The notes under the pieces were generated by a model, which was not told the DNA's origin, searched no databases, and worked only from the letters and a program-made list of their open reading frames with translations. The position numbers were made by a program, and so were the translations under genes. Below are positions 62,101 through 64,000 of a stretch of DNA of 64,000 nucleotides, one piece after another. The stretch lies in the NCBI GenBank assembly GCA_965221165.1, contig CBDCRP010000002.1, positions 448,001-512,000 on the forward strand, given 5' to 3'. Source of the DNA: a bacterium. GTDB taxonomy: Bacteria; UBA8248. Each line of letters begins with the position of its first letter. Positions within the stretch are counted from its first letter, which is position 1.

Positions 62101-62324
62101 ACAGCCGTAAGACCCTCTTCGATCCTGATACAGACGCCCTCTTCCACCTCTTCAGGACTCGCGCCCTCCCACACTACGCTGACACGCACTCTATCGAGCG
62201 CAAACTGCGGGAGTAACTCGCTTCTAATCTGAAAACCGGCGACCACACCGATGATGAGCATTATCACCATTAGAAGGTTGGCGAAAACAGAATTGCGTGC
62301 AGCCCAATCGATAATTTGCTTCAT
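59133..62324 (-). CDS. RND efflux permease (AcrB family)
   Basis: 1063 aa; GILVDDAIVVAEN, GVVVNDS, RAIILTTLTT. Confidence 0.94.
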   Translation of the reverse strand: MKQIIDWAARNSVFANLLMVIMLIIGVVAGFQIRSELLPQFALDRVRVSVVWEGASPEEVEEGVCIRIEEGLTAVEGIKKINSVAYEGRCNVMVELHSWIKDSRELMEDIRGEIDRINTLPEDIERPVVTEVKRTNQVVHLSLFGNVSEEILKRKATEIKDDLVDMSNISKVVLTGLKDWEISIEMSEETLRRHGLTFERLANIIRKNVLELSGGDIRSSERRIRIRTLGKRYTGLEFERLEILTQKDGTILRLGDIARVVDAFEDSDRTGRFDGKPAALITVYRTEKEDALSISKAVAAYVKKKRRELPEGLHLADWADTSRLIRDRLDLLLRNGRMGLVLVFISLWLFLNIRLSFWVALGIPISLLTSLGFLSFSGGTLNMLTMFAFIMVLGILVDDAIVVAENIYSHMERGKNRVQAAIDGCYEVVLPVIATVVTSIVAFIPLLMMEGTVGKFMAVFPAAIIAALIASLIESLFILPAHLGHWVRPPRRGGISSRVRNTIERAVNWLIHRFYAPILRFCLSARYLIIAVAVVVFMVTVGLAVSGHVRFLFFPKLDSDWVEARLLFPQGTPIQQTRLATKRIEQAAMSLDEDFRSKTGEPIVKHVFTMLGEQVEQGQSRGRVAGGSHMAQLIVELLPSEARGISAKEITNRWREKTGEIADVISLTFGAGGARPPGGKPIDVQFYGDDIEALKRIAQELKLELRKYPGLYDIQDDFRPGKLEFQTSLKSQARVLGVSLDDLARQLRASFFGLQVLRLQRGREDVKVKLRYPPEERRSLEDIKNMRVRTSSGAEIPFYEVAEVKMIQGLDEIKRAARRRVVNVTADIDSERANPTEVLSDLRANFFPKLFNRYKGIGFRFEGQAKETRESFASLFRAFAIAIAVIFTILATLFRSYFQPFIVMSAIPFGIVGAFWGHVVMGFDISILSMMGILALSGVVVNDSLVLLDFANRSIKEGMSIEDALHLAGVARWRAIILTTLTTAAGLGPILFEKSFQAQFLIPMAISLCFGLLFATVITLVLVPVISLIGNDVGRFWWRLWTGRWLTREEVDVHSPQKGQIGI

Positions 62325-63646
62325 TGCGTGGAAATCTTGGGCGTGCTCCCATTCAGGGAACTAAGTTTCATGCCGGAAACGGGGTCGGGGATGGCGGAAA
62401 GAATGATTTGGGCGTTTTCGCTCACTCTATTTTTTATTACGACGCCATCTTGGCCTTTTCGAATGACTTGCACTTTCTGAATTCGTAGTTTTCCATCGTC
62501 GAACAAATAAATATGATCCCGCGCGCGTAACGCGGCACGCGGAATTACATATACATCGGACATTGTGATGCCTTCGATCTCTACTTGAACGAACATTCCC
62601 ACAAAAAGAGGAGGATGCTCTCCAGGAACCCAATTTCTCATGGGTTCGGGAATTTCCACTACGAGCGTGAGCGCGCGCGTGGACTCATCGAGCCCAGAGC
62701 CCACAAGAGATACTCGTCCTTTCCATTCAAACTGTTTTCCGAATTGGCTCCAGGATACCTTGGCGGCGGGGAAAAACGGCTTTACTTCTTCTTGACTGCG
62801 CGGAAAGGATACTTTCTGAATACGGCGAAACACCCAGCGCACATCCTCAACCGGCAACGAAACCGGAACTTCGAGCACTGAGACATCAAAAATTCTACCC
62901 ACGGATTTGCCCGTACTGGCGAAATCTCCCACATCCAAACTCGTCTCCCGTACCCGAGCATCAAAAGGAGCCACCATCTTCGTGCGGGATAATTGCAAAA
63001 CCGCCCTTTTGAGTTCGGAGCGATTCGCATCCAACGCCGCGCGTTTCTGTCTTAACTGAACGGGCAGAAGCGATAAAACATTTTTAATGGACTGGACTGT
63101 TCTTTCTTGCCTGAGAAAATTTTGTTGAGACTGATCATATTGACCAGAAGAAATCACACCTTGCCTTCTCAACTTTCTATTGCGTTGTATTTCCTGAACA
63201 AGCAATTCCAGATGGCTCCTGGCGATATTCAGATCGGCCTGATGGTTCTTCTCCTCTTGTCCTAATCGAGCAATATCGGCTCTGAGTTGTGCTATTTCTG
63301 CTTTACGCCGCTCAATGGCGAGTTTGTAGTCCGCCGGATCAATTTGAAACAACAAATTCCCTTTTTGGATAAAACCACCTGTCCTGAAGCCTGGAGAGCG
63401 CTTTATTACCCGACCCGAAACCTCGGGCACGATAGAAAGTTCCGTCTTCGGCCGCACTGTTCCGAATCCCTTCACCCAGAACGTCTTGTTCTGTTTTTTC
63501 AAGAGCATTGTTCTGACGAATCTACGCGGTGCGGGGGGAGCCACAGTCTCGGCTTCTGGTCGATTTTTAATCAGCCACCTAGTGACTCCTCCGCCAATTA
63601 CTAGAACCATGACGGCCAAAATGATGAAGACCTTTTGACGAGACAT
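62321..63646 (-). CDS. RND periplasmic adaptor (membrane fusion protein)
   Basis: N-terminal TM, PEVSGRV, coiled-coil hairpin, APFDARV, GMFV; ATGA overlap with the permease. Confidence 0.9.
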   Translation of the reverse strand: MSRQKVFIILAVMVLVIGGGVTRWLIKNRPEAETVAPPAPRRFVRTMLLKKQNKTFWVKGFGTVRPKTELSIVPEVSGRVIKRSPGFRTGGFIQKGNLLFQIDPADYKLAIERRKAEIAQLRADIARLGQEEKNHQADLNIARSHLELLVQEIQRNRKLRRQGVISSGQYDQSQQNFLRQERTVQSIKNVLSLLPVQLRQKRAALDANRSELKRAVLQLSRTKMVAPFDARVRETSLDVGDFASTGKSVGRIFDVSVLEVPVSLPVEDVRWVFRRIQKVSFPRSQEEVKPFFPAAKVSWSQFGKQFEWKGRVSLVGSGLDESTRALTLVVEIPEPMRNWVPGEHPPLFVGMFVQVEIEGITMSDVYVIPRAALRARDHIYLFDDGKLRIQKVQVIRKGQDGVVIKNRVSENAQIILSAIPDPVSGMKLSSLNGSTPKISTQ

Positions 63647-63857
63647 CGTCTTATCGGTATCTCCTCTGTAAGCGGCAATATCATGATTTCGGCGGTAAGC
63701 CGCTTAGGCGGCCCAATAAATGGTTACGCTTCTCGGAAACTTTGATAAAGGCTGCGTATTGTATGCCTTCTTACCCCTATCAGCAGTGTCCCTGTGTGTC
63801 AAAAACCCGTTATTCTCTGATAAACTATAATTTCAATACACAAAAAAGGGAATCCAA

Positions 63858-64000
63858 ATGCACGAAGACGTCGCCTATTTTAGTGATGGCCTCAAAATCG
63901 CCGCGCACTTGTACCGCCCCGCCGACTGGCAGCCCGGCGATCCGCCTCGGCCGGGTGTTGTCTGTGTAACAGGCTACAGCGGACGAAAGAACCTGGCCAC
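63858..64000 (+). CDS. Alpha/beta hydrolase (5' partial)
   Basis: Manual translation MHEDVAYFSDGLKIAAHLYRPADWQPGDPPRPGVVCVTGYSG; open to the window end. Confidence 0.65.
   Translation, partial: MHEDVAYFSDGLKIAAHLYRPADWQPGDPPRPGVVCVTGYSGRKNLA

Noticed and set aside
52819-64000. Integrative island or prophage at tRNA-Ala
   Set aside because: No integrase or phage genes, and no duplicated tRNA 3' end seen downstream within the window.

Overview
64-kb bacterial chromosomal segment. The left ~45 kb is GC-rich housekeeping and catabolic DNA: amidases, acyl-CoA ligase, aminotransferases, trmL, tRNA-fMet, a trpFBA-leuCDB-asd-mtnP-hemL-ftsB run, a Liv-type ABC system with duplicated binding proteins, moaDE, recJ, dacB, a peptide ABC transporter, FadF-like oxidoreductase, lpdA and an orphan RelB/DinJ antitoxin. 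The right ~18 kb looks more AT-rich by eye: class II ribonucleotide reductase nrdJ, an intact IS1-family element, tRNA-Ala(CGC), redox genes, queF and an RND pump. Highlights: (1) three tandem ~105-nt structured RNA-like units right after nrdJ, with a near-invariant core and covarying stems; (2) a 2.6-kb IS1-family element (21-bp perfect IRs, 8-bp TSD) carrying two non-canonical tRNA-like genes plus protein cargo; (3) two selenoproteins split by the ORF caller (peroxiredoxin-like UxxC, AhpD-like CxxU) with similar SECIS-like hairpins; (4) an alcohol dehydrogenase frameshifted by an exact 8-bp duplication; (5) DnaA boxes and NrdR boxes upstream of nrdJ. All family calls come from motif recognition by eye; no database search was run.
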